Part shown: one piece after another, positions 52,131-64,000 of the stretch
Position numbering within the stretch: position 1 is the stretch's first letter
Layout of the letters: every line of letters starts with the position of its first letter
Assembly: GCF_037042905.1 (NCBI RefSeq)
Contig: NC_087251.1
Coordinates: 14,696,001 to 14,760,000 of the forward strand
Direction of reading: 5' to 3'
DNA: 64,000 bases
Origin: Lytechinus pictus
Taxonomy: Eukaryota
Notes under the pieces: model-generated
Databases searched by the model: none
The model's input: only the letters and a program-made list of their open reading frames with translations
Told to the model about the DNA's origin: nothing
Made by a program: the position numbers and the translations under genes

Positions 52131-54734
52131 TTTAGGCCTACTATTACTATCATTATTAAACTCTTTAAAAAGATCTATAAAAATACACCAAAACTTTTCA
52201 GATATTATTTTCAAAATGGGCCAATACAGGAATATGAGTATGTTGTGTTTGTAAGAATCAGTCATTGTCTCATGGACAATCAGAAAGGAATCTGAATGAT
52301 TCTCTGTTCATCCAATGTACTCAATCAATTGCAAAAACAAAAAAACTTTGTACTAAAAAATTGATTTTATTTCCATCCTACGTACAAAAGGTAATATGTA
52401 CAATGGTTTGACAATTCAAGGCTTGATATAATAACTTTTAAAAATCATAATCATGAAAAATACTGCAGTATTTAGGGCCATGTTGGGAAAGATGTTACCA
52501 TGTTTATAACTAGGCCCCAAGTATAAACAATTTTAGCATCTGTTCAGACGCTATAGATTTTATAAAGACTTGTTTCTGTTTCATAAAAGATGCATCTAAG
52601 AATTGAAGATAAGAGCCAGGGACATTTTATTCTTCCAAAAACAGATGTTTATAGAAAAATTACAGGAAAAGGGTGGCTCTTTAATGGTTAAGAGCAAAAT
52701 AATGTTTTCTATCAACAAAATAGAAATTGTTATGACTTTCTAGTTTCTACAAATGTGTCACCACATGCTGGTGACAATAAATGGTGAGACAAGTACTTGA
52801 AAATAAAAAGGTATTTCTGACTTAGGAAAATTAAACATCCTCATAGTGAATATGTATTTGTACAATTGTGTCAAACATGATGTGAATGCATGCAAACACA
52901 ATCACAGCCAGCGAGAAAATACATGCCATTAAACCTACTCTTCTAACCATCTGATATACAGGTAACTCTGCAGATGTCCATTTACCAGGTATTTGGACCG
53001 AAGAAATCTGTTCAGTTTCAAACATTTCAAATAATCCAGTCTGAAATATCATAGAAGGTCGACTGATATAGACTTTAACATTAAAAACCATTGACATTTG
53101 AGAGTATAACTGTTACAGGATTTTGTTCTGGAGAATTTATTGAAAACAGATTACATTATAGGGATGTTAATATACAGTAATGAAATGCAATTCAGGGTTT
53201 AATCTTAAAATGTGATTAAATGTAGTTATGTTTATATCACTGATTTGAAATTGAAATTATCCTGAAACCATGATCCTAATGAGGATCTTGCAGCACATTG
53301 TATTTATATCAATCTCATCAACAACAGATCAGTGATGTGAGCACAAAGCAGATGGAAGCCCGAATATCTGCATTGTATTGGTTACTAAATCTTTGTAAAG
53401 ATTTATCAAACTATGATGAACAAAGGAAAAGAAGGTGAACATGATCCTTATGAGAGCACACTGCTAGCCTTAGTGAGCTTGTAAAAATTAAGCTGATTTT
53501 TGTTTACTTTACTTTTACTTGGATGTAGAGATGTAAAGCTTGTAGCTTATTTGCCCCTTTTTACTTAATCTTTTTTTAATGTAAAAATTGACTAACCAAA
53601 TCACATAAACAAAGTCCATAGATGTGAGCTTATTTTGGCATGTGAAGAGCTTGTTGATATTTTTTTCTTTCATCAAGCATTTTATTACCCAAAGTCACAA
53701 TGTTCATGTATAACATAATCTGCCTTACTTTGGTAGCAAGTAACAATAGTATAATTTACTGCAAAAGAGTAAAAAAATTTCTGAGATTTACTCAGGCTAC
53801 AATGCATTACCAAGATGGTTAACTAGCAATATCTCAAAGCATAAGTGTTTCATACAATACCTTTTTTTCCGTGAAGGAAAAAATTAATATGTAATACATA
53901 AACACATTAAAAACTGAATTTCAGTAAATATGTCAGTTGTTATCTGATTTCAAATTAAGGCAGTATGAGCCAACAGATCTCAATTTTATATAGCATATTA
54001 AAAGAGTCAAAGAGCAGTTAAAGAGTACAACCAAGCATGATCTTTTTAGGCCCATTTGTACCAAACTCCTCGGATGGCACAATGCTCTAAATTAACCTTG
54101 TATGCATCAAAGGCATAGGTAAAATTTTCCTCAGTCCCTAAAGAACTGATAAGAGCCTCAGTTGACTTGGTAATAGTTAGTCATCATCATAATCATTGAT
54201 TTTGTGGCCATCCTTGTTGTATCCTGTTGAATGTCATCACACCGTATATATTCACAAGCTGTTAAGTTTCATCCATCTTTTCAATCCTGTTTGAAAAGAA
54301 GAAAATTTAAAATTAACAGTTATAAGCCAATAACAGTGAGTTTCATTATGTTTTTATCAGGAAAACTCCAATGAGGCAACGAAGAAAGAATAAGGGGAAA
54401 ATTATCACAAGCTGCAATGAGTACCATAGGATGTTGGCAGAACAAAATTACACAGAGATCCAAGGAACAGCAATAGTCAAATGACTTGTATCATCGATGC
54501 AAATCTTTTCATATGCAAGCTTGATAATGATATAGAAGCATAATTCTTGCAGAAGCCCTCTTAATATCCTCTTAAGTCACAACTGAAATTCGGAAGGACT
54601 CCCTTGCACACACAAAAAAAAACATTGATCATAACTATAAATATCTAAATTGCTTAATTCAATTCCTGCTATCAAATTTTCCATCGTAAAATAACACCAA
54701 TACATGTATGATACAAAATCATTAAAGAAATAAC

Positions 54735-55007
54735 TTACGTATCTGATTTCTCTTTCTCCACAGTTGTCTCTACCTGCTCTTTCACTTCCTGTGTATCCTT
54801 CTTCTCATCCTCCTCCTCCCCTTCTGATTCACTGCTGCTCTCCCCTGGATGTTCTGGCATCTTGGAATGGTCCACTTCCTCCTCAGTATTTACCACCTCT
54901 TTATTGGCTTCTTCATCTAGTTTAGTCTCCATGGGTTCTTCCACCTTCTTTGGAGGGGGTTTGTAAGACACTGGAGGCTTGGCAAGACGTTCCATTCTTC
55001 TTTGGCG
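54735..55007 (-). CDS. AQR: RNA helicase Aquarius (IBP160), last coding exon
   Basis: tttag acceptor, 273 bp, phase 0, to TAA; acidic low-complexity tail RQRRMERLAKPP...EKSDT*. Confidence 0.8.
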   Translation of the reverse strand, partial: RQRRMERLAKPPVSYKPPPKKVEEPMETKLDEEANKEVVNTEEEVDHSKMPEHPGESSSESEGEEEDEKKDTQEVKEQVETTVEKEKSDT

Positions 55008-55796
55008 CTAAACAAGATCACCAAATAATTTCAAGGGTCAATAAGTTTGCGGTGTAATAAATGAAAATGCAATAACCTTTTGAAGCTACAACATAACCAT
55101 CAATAGTATAATGAATAACAACCCTACAACATCCCATTATGCTTAGGAGTACATTCAGCTCAGAAGTAATCAACAATTCACATTCCCATCAAATGATTAA
55201 TCATTCAGCATTGTGTACCATACATAAGGAAAATATTAATTCTATTAATAATTTTTATCTAAGAATATGGATGATCATGACATTAAGATCAAATTATTTG
55301 TAAAGACTATCTTGTGTCAGTTTACATAGGAAATTTGACACCTCCATGGTGATTACCCATAAACAGAAGATCATGGCAAATCAACATTATGTAGTTTCTA
55401 TGCATATTCTTCTTATTTCAAATGGCAAAGTCATATCACTAACCCTGCTCCACTTTTTACCAAATAAACAAAGGAATATTATTCAGTTTCAAGGCTGAGA
55501 TGGAGTCCCAAAATGTAGCTGGGTAACAGAGATTTCTATCGCCCTTCATTATTAAGTCTGTGGTCAGCAAAAGGAAGTATTCTTTCTATGATATCTCAAG
55601 TAAGATTCACAGTAATTTTTCTATTGTCAGCAAATCAAATGAATGTAAAATTTATCATCATTCTTTCACTTCATACTCTCACTGCTGCTATCATCATTGT
55701 GATAATGTAACATATTTTGAACAGTGATAACTATATGAAATCATGGATTTCTATTGATAATTTGATTTGGTTTGATTCAGTATATATCATACTTAC

Positions 55797-55910
55797 CCCA
55801 ATCTGTGCATGCATTCTTTGCATACCATCATTGTACATGTCAAATACAAACTGAGCCATATGAGGCATATCTTCAATCACCATCACACGACCTTGTACAG
55901 GTTGCCCAGC
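55797..55910 (-). CDS. AQR: AQR exon
   Basis: 114 bp AG/GT: AGQPVQGRVMVIEDMPHMAQFVFDMY..., matching the conserved MP.MA.FV..MY motif. Confidence 0.9.
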
Positions 55911-56553
55911 CTGAATAAACAAAACAACACAAAATTTATTGAGGAAAAATCATGATGCATTTGTCTTAGAACTAAATGCTACTTAGTGCCATACAAGTTT
56001 CCAAAACATTGTACATAAAAACTTGAGATCCAGGGCTCAGGTCAGAGGCCAGTTTCATGCCCTTCACCTTCTTAGATTGCATTTTGGATTTCATAAACAG
56101 CTGTTCTAAAGTGTTACAAATGTGTTAAAATTACTCTTTTTTATATTGTCTTGATTGATCTAAAAAATCACAATCCAAACACAATGAATCTCATGAACTG
56201 ATGTTTCAATTTCAACCATTTTTTTTCCTCTACTTAAAATAAAAACAAACAGAACTCTGAAATGCTGGGTGAGGGGTGGAAACATTGCATCAGTATCACA
56301 AATAACATTCACGGTTTTAACTGGCAAGTCAAATATTAATTCAGGATCAATCAGTACTAATACCACTATTATTACCATGCAGCAATTATATATATATAGT
56401 GCAATGGCAATACCATCACCTCAATTAAAGCATGACTACATTGATAAGGTGCATGAGCATTCAAGGAATGTCTTCCTTTAGAATTCCAATTTCCTTCTCA
56501 AGGATGGAATACACATTAATAAGAATTAAATTAGTATCAGGCTATTTACTTAC

Positions 56554-56616
56554 CTTTCTTTGTGGTGGGTAGGTCTCAGATGGAACAAGATGGAGGTGAA
56601 TTGGTCTCGACATCAG
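56554..56616 (-). CDS. AQR: AQR exon
   Basis: 63 bp AG/GT, absent from the ORF track: LMSRPIHLHLVPSETYPPQRK. Confidence 0.88.
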
Positions 56617-57080
56617 CTGCAAATAAAAAAAGATGATCAGTAAGTCATTTCTCTAATTATCCTTACTCTTTATCTATGGAACAATAAATCAAACATTAAA
56701 TCAATCTAATCATTTATCATTTTTACTTTTATTTAAGATTTTTTTTTTGTTAATTGACACGGAAATGAATTTATGGAAGCAATAACTTCAAAGAAAGTTA
56801 GATAAATTCAAGAATGCAAATTATAAAACAAGAAATACATAAAAAGATCAATAAAACTTTGGAATTAACATCCATCATTGTAGACAATGATCAAAATCCA
56901 AGATAATATAAAGTATGAACCTGTCACACCCAACTACTACATCTATAGAAGTTTGAAAAAGCTGAATTGACAGTTGCTAGAAACTAAATGATTATCAACA
57001 ACAAAGGAAGTCTATCTAAAGTTATACAATCATAACATTCTATTTCACAAATACTTTAGATTATGCATGATTGTTCTTAC

Positions 57081-57192
57081 ATTTTGGAATGTTGGTGATA
57101 GTTCAAAGCAGTTCTGGAAGAGCGACACCCTGGCAAAGACATAAAGACCAAGTCTAGCTCTAGACATGGCCACAACAAGTCTTCTCACATCT
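57081..57192 (-). CDS. AQR: AQR exon
   Basis: 112 bp: (R)[37 protein letters not shown], helicase motif VI region. Confidence 0.95.
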
Positions 57193-57773
57193 CTGAAAAC
57201 AAAGAAAACATTTTGTACAATTATCATGATGCCACCTTGATTTTCATCTAAAATATGCCCTTTTCAGAAAATAAGGTGTATTGTACAAGGAGTCAAAATT
57301 ACTGAAAAGTGCCCGACAGCCTAGCCATACACTGATTCCTAACAAAGCCCCATCAAATTTGGCAGGGATAAAATGATAATGATCACGATAATAATTTTTA
57401 TCATTGTAACAATTATTAATACCATTATCATCAACATTATTATTATAAATATCATCATCATCATCAATATCATTGCCATTGTACATCAGAAAGCTAAATA
57501 TAGATTTACTCCCATTCCATGATTGAGCAGTAGTTTCAAACCAAAGTGAAAAACCAAATACTGTACATGTATGTAAAAAAGCCCCTTTTTCAAACATCTC
57601 CGTAAATTATAATGCTTTAAAATTAGATCTGATATCAACTCTTTTACACATGTTTTGTATGATTTAATCATTCTCTCTTTTTTTCTAATAATGAATCAAA
57701 GGACTGTAAGAATAGCTGTAAATTACTCCACAATAAAGCTATAAGACATTTATAGAGTTCTATACAATCATAC

Positions 57774-57859
57774 CTGATGTGTCCAACTGCCTTTGTTCTC
57801 ACGAGAGAGAGAAGAATGTAGTCATTCTGTTGTCCCTGGAAACGATCTACTGTTGTCAC
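57774..57859 (-). CDS. AQR: AQR exon
   Basis: 86 bp: [28 protein letters not shown], Upf1-like SF1 motif V. Confidence 0.95.
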
Positions 57860-58286
57860 CTGAATTTAAACAAGAAATCAATATTGTGTTTCAATCCAAG
57901 CAAAAATTAAAGAAATTAAAATCTTAACAATTATGGATAGAATAAGGATGACAATACACTGGAATAATCTACATTTGTAACTGCTTTTCAACTATCCATC
58001 ATCTTTATGGATAGCATTCAGTTACTGTGTATGCATCTCCATGTAAAACAGGTGAATTTATGTTCTGTGTAGGTGCTGGTGTTGATGTTGGAAGCACAAA
58101 ATTGATTGCCTCCCTAGCTTTAAGCAACAAATGCGAAATTTAATATATCTTCTAAGTTACATTATTGTGAGATTTCTGCTGGGACTAGATCCATTTTAGG
58201 TTTGGTGTTGTGCTTATATAAAAACCAGCCCAACACCAACACCCAAAGGTCAACACTGAACTTGAAATCATCCAATGTGTTATTAC

Positions 58287-58457
58287 CTTGTGAGGTTGAC
58301 CAATCAGTGGATTGTCTGAGCATCGTTTGTTGATGACATCACGGATTAGATGCTTCTGACCATTGTATGTAGTGAGGATACTGATCTTCTCTGCCGGGTA
58401 TCCCAGCAATCTCATGTACATAAAGAGTGCCACCACATACTCAGCTTCAGCCAGGTT
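58287..58457 (-). CDS. AQR: AQR exon
   Basis: 171 bp: [42 protein letters not shown]... Confidence 0.96.
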
Positions 58458-59193
58458 CTAAAAGAAAATGTAAGAAAAAAAACCAGATATTAAATGAGTA
58501 CCTAGAGTAGGCAGTTCAAGAAGAATATCAACTGCACACTAAACAAACAATCTGTGACAAAATTTTGGAACAAACAATTTTAAGCAGACTTTATAGAGTT
58601 ATAAACAAATATAATTATCTTAACTGAGAATCAAAATAAACATATAAATACTGGAATCATAATTTTGGATCAACAAAACACCATAATTTATCATTAAATT
58701 TGAATCGGCTACAAGTTATTGACATGTGTAAGATTACACTGTTGCGATTAAACCTGATATTGCTGGTAAATACACATAAAGAGGGTTCATACCATGAATT
58801 ATAACTTTAGTACCCATCCAAACATTAAATATGGATATCGCAGAGGTATGTTATTTTTTTCTGTCATTACTTCACATAGAATATGTTTTTTTTTATATGA
58901 AGTATGTGGTTAGCTTAAGTAAATCATACATATGAAAATAATCTTATGAAAAGTCTACTTCTTATTCACTATCTTTTTAACTTGAATTATTTTTGACCAT
59001 CTGTTACATTAAGTAAGAATCAGATTTTTAGAACATAAACAATTCTAAATGAAAATCAATGCAATAATATCCTTCAACAAACTGATGAAAGTATTACTAC
59101 TCATTATATGGCCACCATTAGATTCATGAAGTTAGTCATGAATACAAAAATGGATTTGATATTAAGACCAAAATGGAATCTCTTGTTTTTTAC

Positions 59194-59365
59194 CTGATAG
59201 AAGTAAGGATTGGGTTCTGATTCACCGACCCCGTTGAAATTATCTACATTGATGAGTTGATAGTCAAATGCCAACCCTGGGTTTGAAGTCTGAAACTCAG
59301 GCATCCTATTCACATGAGGCAGGTTGCCTAGGCTACGATACCTCCAGTTGTAGAGAGTAGCAATG
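59194..59365 (-). CDS. AQR: AQR exon
   Basis: 172 bp: (S)[18 protein letters not shown]...[13 protein letters not shown]. Confidence 0.95.
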
Positions 59366-59958
59366 CTATCAGGAATTTCAACAACAAAAATGAGAAAGAT
59401 ATTGATGTCAAGAGGATGGTAAGGAACCCTCAAGGTACATTCATTGCACATTGTTTCCAGATTAGGAACAAAAGCAGAATATCAATTCACTGAAAGTTAA
59501 AGCAACATTTTCAACAAGAAATATGCAAATGATTGAAACCCTAAAAGAAGCTGGGTGAGTGGCCCCATAATGCACATCCCAATACTTTCCATTAAAAAAA
59601 TGTTGATGATTATAAGCGTTTATGTTAGAAAACAGCTGTATATATTTCAACTTGACCACATTATAAAGTTTGGCCAAATGACTTTTAGCGCAGAGCCTAA
59701 AATAATGAAAAATATCTTCTCACCTTAGCAATGCTAAATGTATGTAAGTTGCTGCTTTTCACACAAAGTGGCAAAATTAAAACATCTTCAGACATTTTAT
59801 CAACTTATATTAATTTCTGATGAATTAACTTTTAAATGATTAAATTTTATGTTTGCTTGTATTAATCATTATGTAAAAGCAATTAATCAATTGTAATAAA
59901 TTGGTTGTAGAACAAATTGTTTAATTTCATGCTAGAGTGAATAACTTTATTACCCTAC

Positions 59959-60146
59959 CTTGATCTTGCTCTACCCTGTGCGTCCAGATCAACAGTAGGG
60001 ACACCTAACCTGACAAACCGGGTGAAGAGAGATTGCTCCATGTTAGAGAACTTCTGGAAGGCCATGTTCTTGATGACCGGTGGCAACTGATGATGATCAC
60101 CAATCATGATCCATCGCTTCAACCGATTGAAACCATCCTCAGGATT
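59959..60146 (-). CDS. AQR: AQR exon
   Basis: 188 bp, absent from the ORF track: [62 protein letters not shown]. Confidence 0.96.
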
Positions 60147-60182
60147 CTAAATTGTCAAATATAGGCAATTCCATGAGCTGGT

Positions 60183-60340
60183 GGGTGTTTCATAATGCTG
60201 TTTGTAAGTTAAGAGCAACTTTAAGAATGACTGGTGAACCTTTCTTACGCGCTAAATAATCACCAATGAACATTTAAATGGTGAATATCATTTCCCACAA
60301 GGAAGGATCACCAGTCGTTCTTAAGGTCACTCTTTCTTGT
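60183..60340. mobile_element. Degenerate intronic MITE
   Basis: GGGTGTTTCATAA start; inverted arms TTAAGAATGACTGGTGA / TCACCAGTCGTTCTTAA. Confidence 0.6.
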
Positions 60341-60943
60341 ACAGAAGGGGTGTGAGAGATCACAAATAAAAAGAGCTGAAAAAAGCTGAAGAGTGTCAAA
60401 ATAAGCTGAAATTGAAAGAGTTCCAATACTTCTTGTAAGAGGAAAGCTAAAATAAGTAAAAATTAAGCCGTAAATCAAAAGAAAAAAAGCTAAACTCTTG
60501 CAAACCTGGTACATCTAACGCTGTATTTACTTCATGTAAAGAACTGCACAAGCCATGATTATAAGAGTATTACATGAAACCCTGAAAAGGATGTCTTAGG
60601 AACTGACTATGAGGTGTAGAATAGAGAATCTTGGAAACTACAATCACACAGGAGAAGAACAAAATTCTTAGGGAACTACAAACCTAAACGGAAGTGTGAA
60701 AATATGGGACCTTGATAACTGCATATTTGTATACATACAAATCCATAATGAACCACCTTTCTTTGGCTATAGTTTCTCACAAGTGATTGAACGGCAAAAG
60801 TATTTTTCGCGCTTGACCAAAAAAATAGGTTGCCAAAATTTGTGATGAATGATCTAAATTTGATAAATTCTTAGCAATACTTTATTCATTGTTAAATGAA
60901 TAAAGTTCCTAGATTAACCTGAATATAAAACTGGGGAAGTTAC

Positions 60944-61015
60944 CTGAAGGAGCAGAGGGATGAAGGTTTCAATCTCTAATATTTGAGCAGATTCTTCCAT
61001 CAAGATGTTATCATA
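60944..61015 (-). CDS. AQR: AQR exon
   Basis: 72 bp: [24 protein letters not shown] (Walker B, EESAQ). Confidence 0.96.
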
Positions 61016-61483
61016 CTGTCAGGGAAGATAAAGATATATAAAACATCAACAGTAACAATAAAAAAGGGAGCATGAGCCATTCTCATATAATGGGTCATTT
61101 TATACTGGAATAGAGTTAAGAGTAAGCTTTGTTAATGTATATACATGTACTTGTATTTTCAAATCCCTTTTTACATTACCAGGCAATTGGAAATATCATT
61201 GTCATTACTTGCTAGACCACTAGACAGCACTCAAAGTGTAAAGTAACAATTCCATGACAACATGAACACTTCATAGAATAAAAAATTTAAGTGAACATAC
61301 ACATTCCAATTCAAGGTCTTTGTTCAAGTAGGAATTGTGTATGAAACTCTACGTGAAAAAATTGTAAAGATATTCAAAAATTTATGTCACAACCTCCCAC
61401 CCTCATATTCTTGATAAAGAAATATCAATGTCCATTTTCACAAAAAGCTTAACCCTAGAATCAACATGAAAGGAGAAATATAC

Positions 61484-61621
61484 CTGGAATCTAACATCGA
61501 CCAAGTCTCGCCTCTTGAGGGCAGCATGCGTACATGTCATTGCGATGATCTTGGCTTCCTTGATGAGCAGGTACTTGGATCGGTCTTTCCCGCTCCGCAA
61601 TAGCTCAAATGCTCGGAATTC
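61484..61621 (-). CDS. AQR: AQR exon
   Basis: 138 bp: [46 protein letters not shown]. Confidence 0.96.
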
Positions 61622-61972
61622 CTGTTAATGTAAAAAACTCCATATTAGTCTTGTTATTTTAGCAAATTTTATCAAATTGTATTATTATAGAATGAAACCA
61701 AAAATAAATAATGAGAGCAATGCATCCCCAATGTAAAAACAGCCCTTGTAAATAGCAAAATAAGCCTCTTGAAATACATTTAGGTTCAATTCAAAATGAA
61801 ATATTAGATTTAAGAATGAAGAAAAAGTCACTGCCCTGAGTATCTTATCATTTTTTTTTAATCCAAACAAGTGGTGTTTTCAAAGATTCAAAGAATAATG
61901 AGAACACACCTCCTTGAATAATGAAATAAAGTTTCTTTAAAAAATAAAACAAAACTATTATATTACTCTTAC

Positions 61973-62014
61973 CTCAAGCTGTTGGAAGATCTTCTTGATA
62001 TGGCGATAACAACC
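61973..62014 (-). CDS. AQR: AQR small exon
   Basis: 42 bp AG/GT: GCYRHIKKIFQQLE; in frame with both neighbours. Confidence 0.93.
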
Positions 62015-62273
62015 CTGTAAAACAATGAAACACAATTCATTTTTTCCATTTTAATAAATAACATAAAATTCAAATAATTTGAGAATATGTTGGAATAATG
62101 ACAATACATTGAAAGAAACATAATATTGTACAATTTCCTTAAATAGGCAATAAACCTCCTAAAAAAGATAAGTGAATTGTGAAATACATAACTACTATCT
62201 CATGTCAATGCGACAGATGAGTAGGCAGACAAGTATTTGCCGAGGTGAGTCCTCATGTGAGAGTGAAGACCAG

Positions 62274-62429
62274 GGGGGCGTTTCATCAACATTTTCGTCC
62301 GACAAGTTGTCAGATCTGACAACTTTTCTGGATTTTGATTGGCTGAGAAGCACTGTTACTAAAGTAACTGTCGGATAAATGGGAGTTGTCGGATAAAACG
62401 TCTGACAAGTCCTTTTATGAAACGCTCCC
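62274..62429. mobile_element. Harbinger-like MITE in AQR intron
   Basis: GGGGGCGTTTCAT...ATGAAACGCTCCC flanked by a 3-bp CAG repeat. Confidence 0.7.
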
Positions 62430-62644
62430 CAGAGCTGCTGCAAGGGAAGGAATCCAAAGTGGGACTCCTCTCTCTTTTTTGATATATACCTTCATGGGAA
62501 AATGCTCAAATTTGCCACAGCCATTTTCCATCCAATTTAGAATAGAATATCAACAGTCTCAAGAATTGTACAAAGAATTTTTGTAATGTGAGCGGAATAA
62601 GAAAAAAAATCCATGTGAAGTAATGACAGAAACAATGAACATAC

Positions 62645-62812
62645 CTCTGCAATGTCCATGCCCTGAGCATAGGTCTCCCCTTTGAAGACTGGTTGTGGGG
62701 CATTCTCAAAGAACTTATGGAAAGGGAAGTGAGTGACAATGTCTTCTACTCCAACCTCCTTGCCTCCCTTAGGCTTGACCTTACTCAGAAACTTCTCCCA
62801 TCGTGCTACCAC
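62645..62812 (-). CDS. AQR: AQR exon
   Basis: 168 bp: VVARWEKFLSKVK...FPFHKFFENAPQPVFKGETYAQGMDIAE. Confidence 0.95.
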
Positions 62813-63677
62813 CTGATAAAAGAATGACAAGGGTGATTATAAGGTCAAATATTAGGAGAGTGACATTACAGGAAACCCTATTTGACTGGTGAAATATTTC
62901 ATGGAGATTCGACTGATTCACTCCTTTTAAAAAAACACAATCTTTTAACACAAGTAGAAAAAATACAGTAAGATATGTTAATAAAATATCAATTTCGAAG
63001 CCTTAATATTCCAGGTTCTTTATCCATCCATCTGAATATTATCTGTTACACCATGCTTGCTTACGTAACAAGGGGAACATCTACGTTCTGGTTCCATGGT
63101 TCCATATTTCATGAGGCAGAAGGCCAAATGGAATGTGGAACCAGAACTTAGATATTTCCCGTATTCTGTAATGATTTTATCTCTCTAAGTTTATCCTTAT
63201 ATTGTTGCAGAATAAGGGAAATAAAAATAAAAAAATTCCATAGATGTAAGCCTCTGCATTTTGTGAGTGAATCTCGAAAGAAAATTATTCATGACATCAC
63301 AATGATCACAGTAAAAAGAATGCACATTTTGCCAAAGAAATTTCTGCACAAATAGTAGTGCACACACGATGCTTAAATACGTTCCCATACCATGTAATAC
63401 GGTCTCATATCACATGGTTGAAATGAGCACCGGGCACGCGAGTAACAATGAAAACGATATTAAAACAGGTAAACATCAAATAAGTAAATACAGGTTTGTC
63501 TTACAAACAAATTGACCAATCAGATAACAGAACTCATGAACAAATGGCCCAGTTAGAGATAAACCTATATACCACAAAAATAAGAGTTTAACAGATTTCT
63601 TTCAAGCTTTGAAAATGTCTTTTATTTACTGCTGGACATTTCCACATGGGCAAGATGACTCCAGTACTAGAATTTAC

Positions 63678-63813
63678 CTGATACAGATAGAAGTGACCAG
63701 CTGTCTCACAGGTGTATGCAACATCACCAGGAACTCCAAGACTCTCCTGTAATCTCTCTACCTCTTTGAGCAGCTCAAGACGACGGCCAAGGACATAGTT
63801 CACACGGCCATAC
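63678..63813 (-). CDS. AQR: AQR exon (gene continues beyond the window end)
   Basis: 136 bp: (R)[45 protein letters not shown]. Confidence 0.95.
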
Positions 63814-64000
63814 CTGGTAATTGCACAAAATGAATTCCATTTAGGGCATGTTACAATACAAAGGGAATACTGCAACTTAATCTTGAACTGGTAACTATTT
63901 ACTTGTATCCTTAGTTCCAAGGAGATGTTTTACAGTGATTATTATACTACTACTAGTAACAATAATTGTTTATAATTGTTATGATCATTATTATCTTTAT

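Overview
AT-rich, intron-rich animal genomic DNA. It is not prokaryotic, and most ORF-track entries are spurious. The MITE/SINE types suggest an echinoderm, probably a sea urchin (inference only). Two spliced protein-coding genes lie on the minus strand. The first is the 3' part of Aquarius/AQR: 13 phase-consistent GT-AG exons at 54735-63813, continuing beyond the window. The second is mitochondrial ribosomal protein MRPL48: 5 coding exons at 28827-32464, with its 5' end unresolved. The remainder is non-coding: decayed CR1/L2-type LINE pieces, SINE fragments, microsatellites and many nested non-autonomous DNA transposons (Kolobok-like TTAA, CACTG/EnSpm-like, hAT-like, Harbinger-like). The most unusual structure is an ~8.0 kb element (43324-51327) with ~200 bp terminal inverted repeats. 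It has no recognisable transposase, a promoter-like motif cluster inside its left end, and a ~1.9 kb array of ~33 units built on the palindrome TAGCGAACTAGTTCGCTA. The array reverses orientation at a 32-bp perfect palindrome. All coordinates and counts were read by eye.
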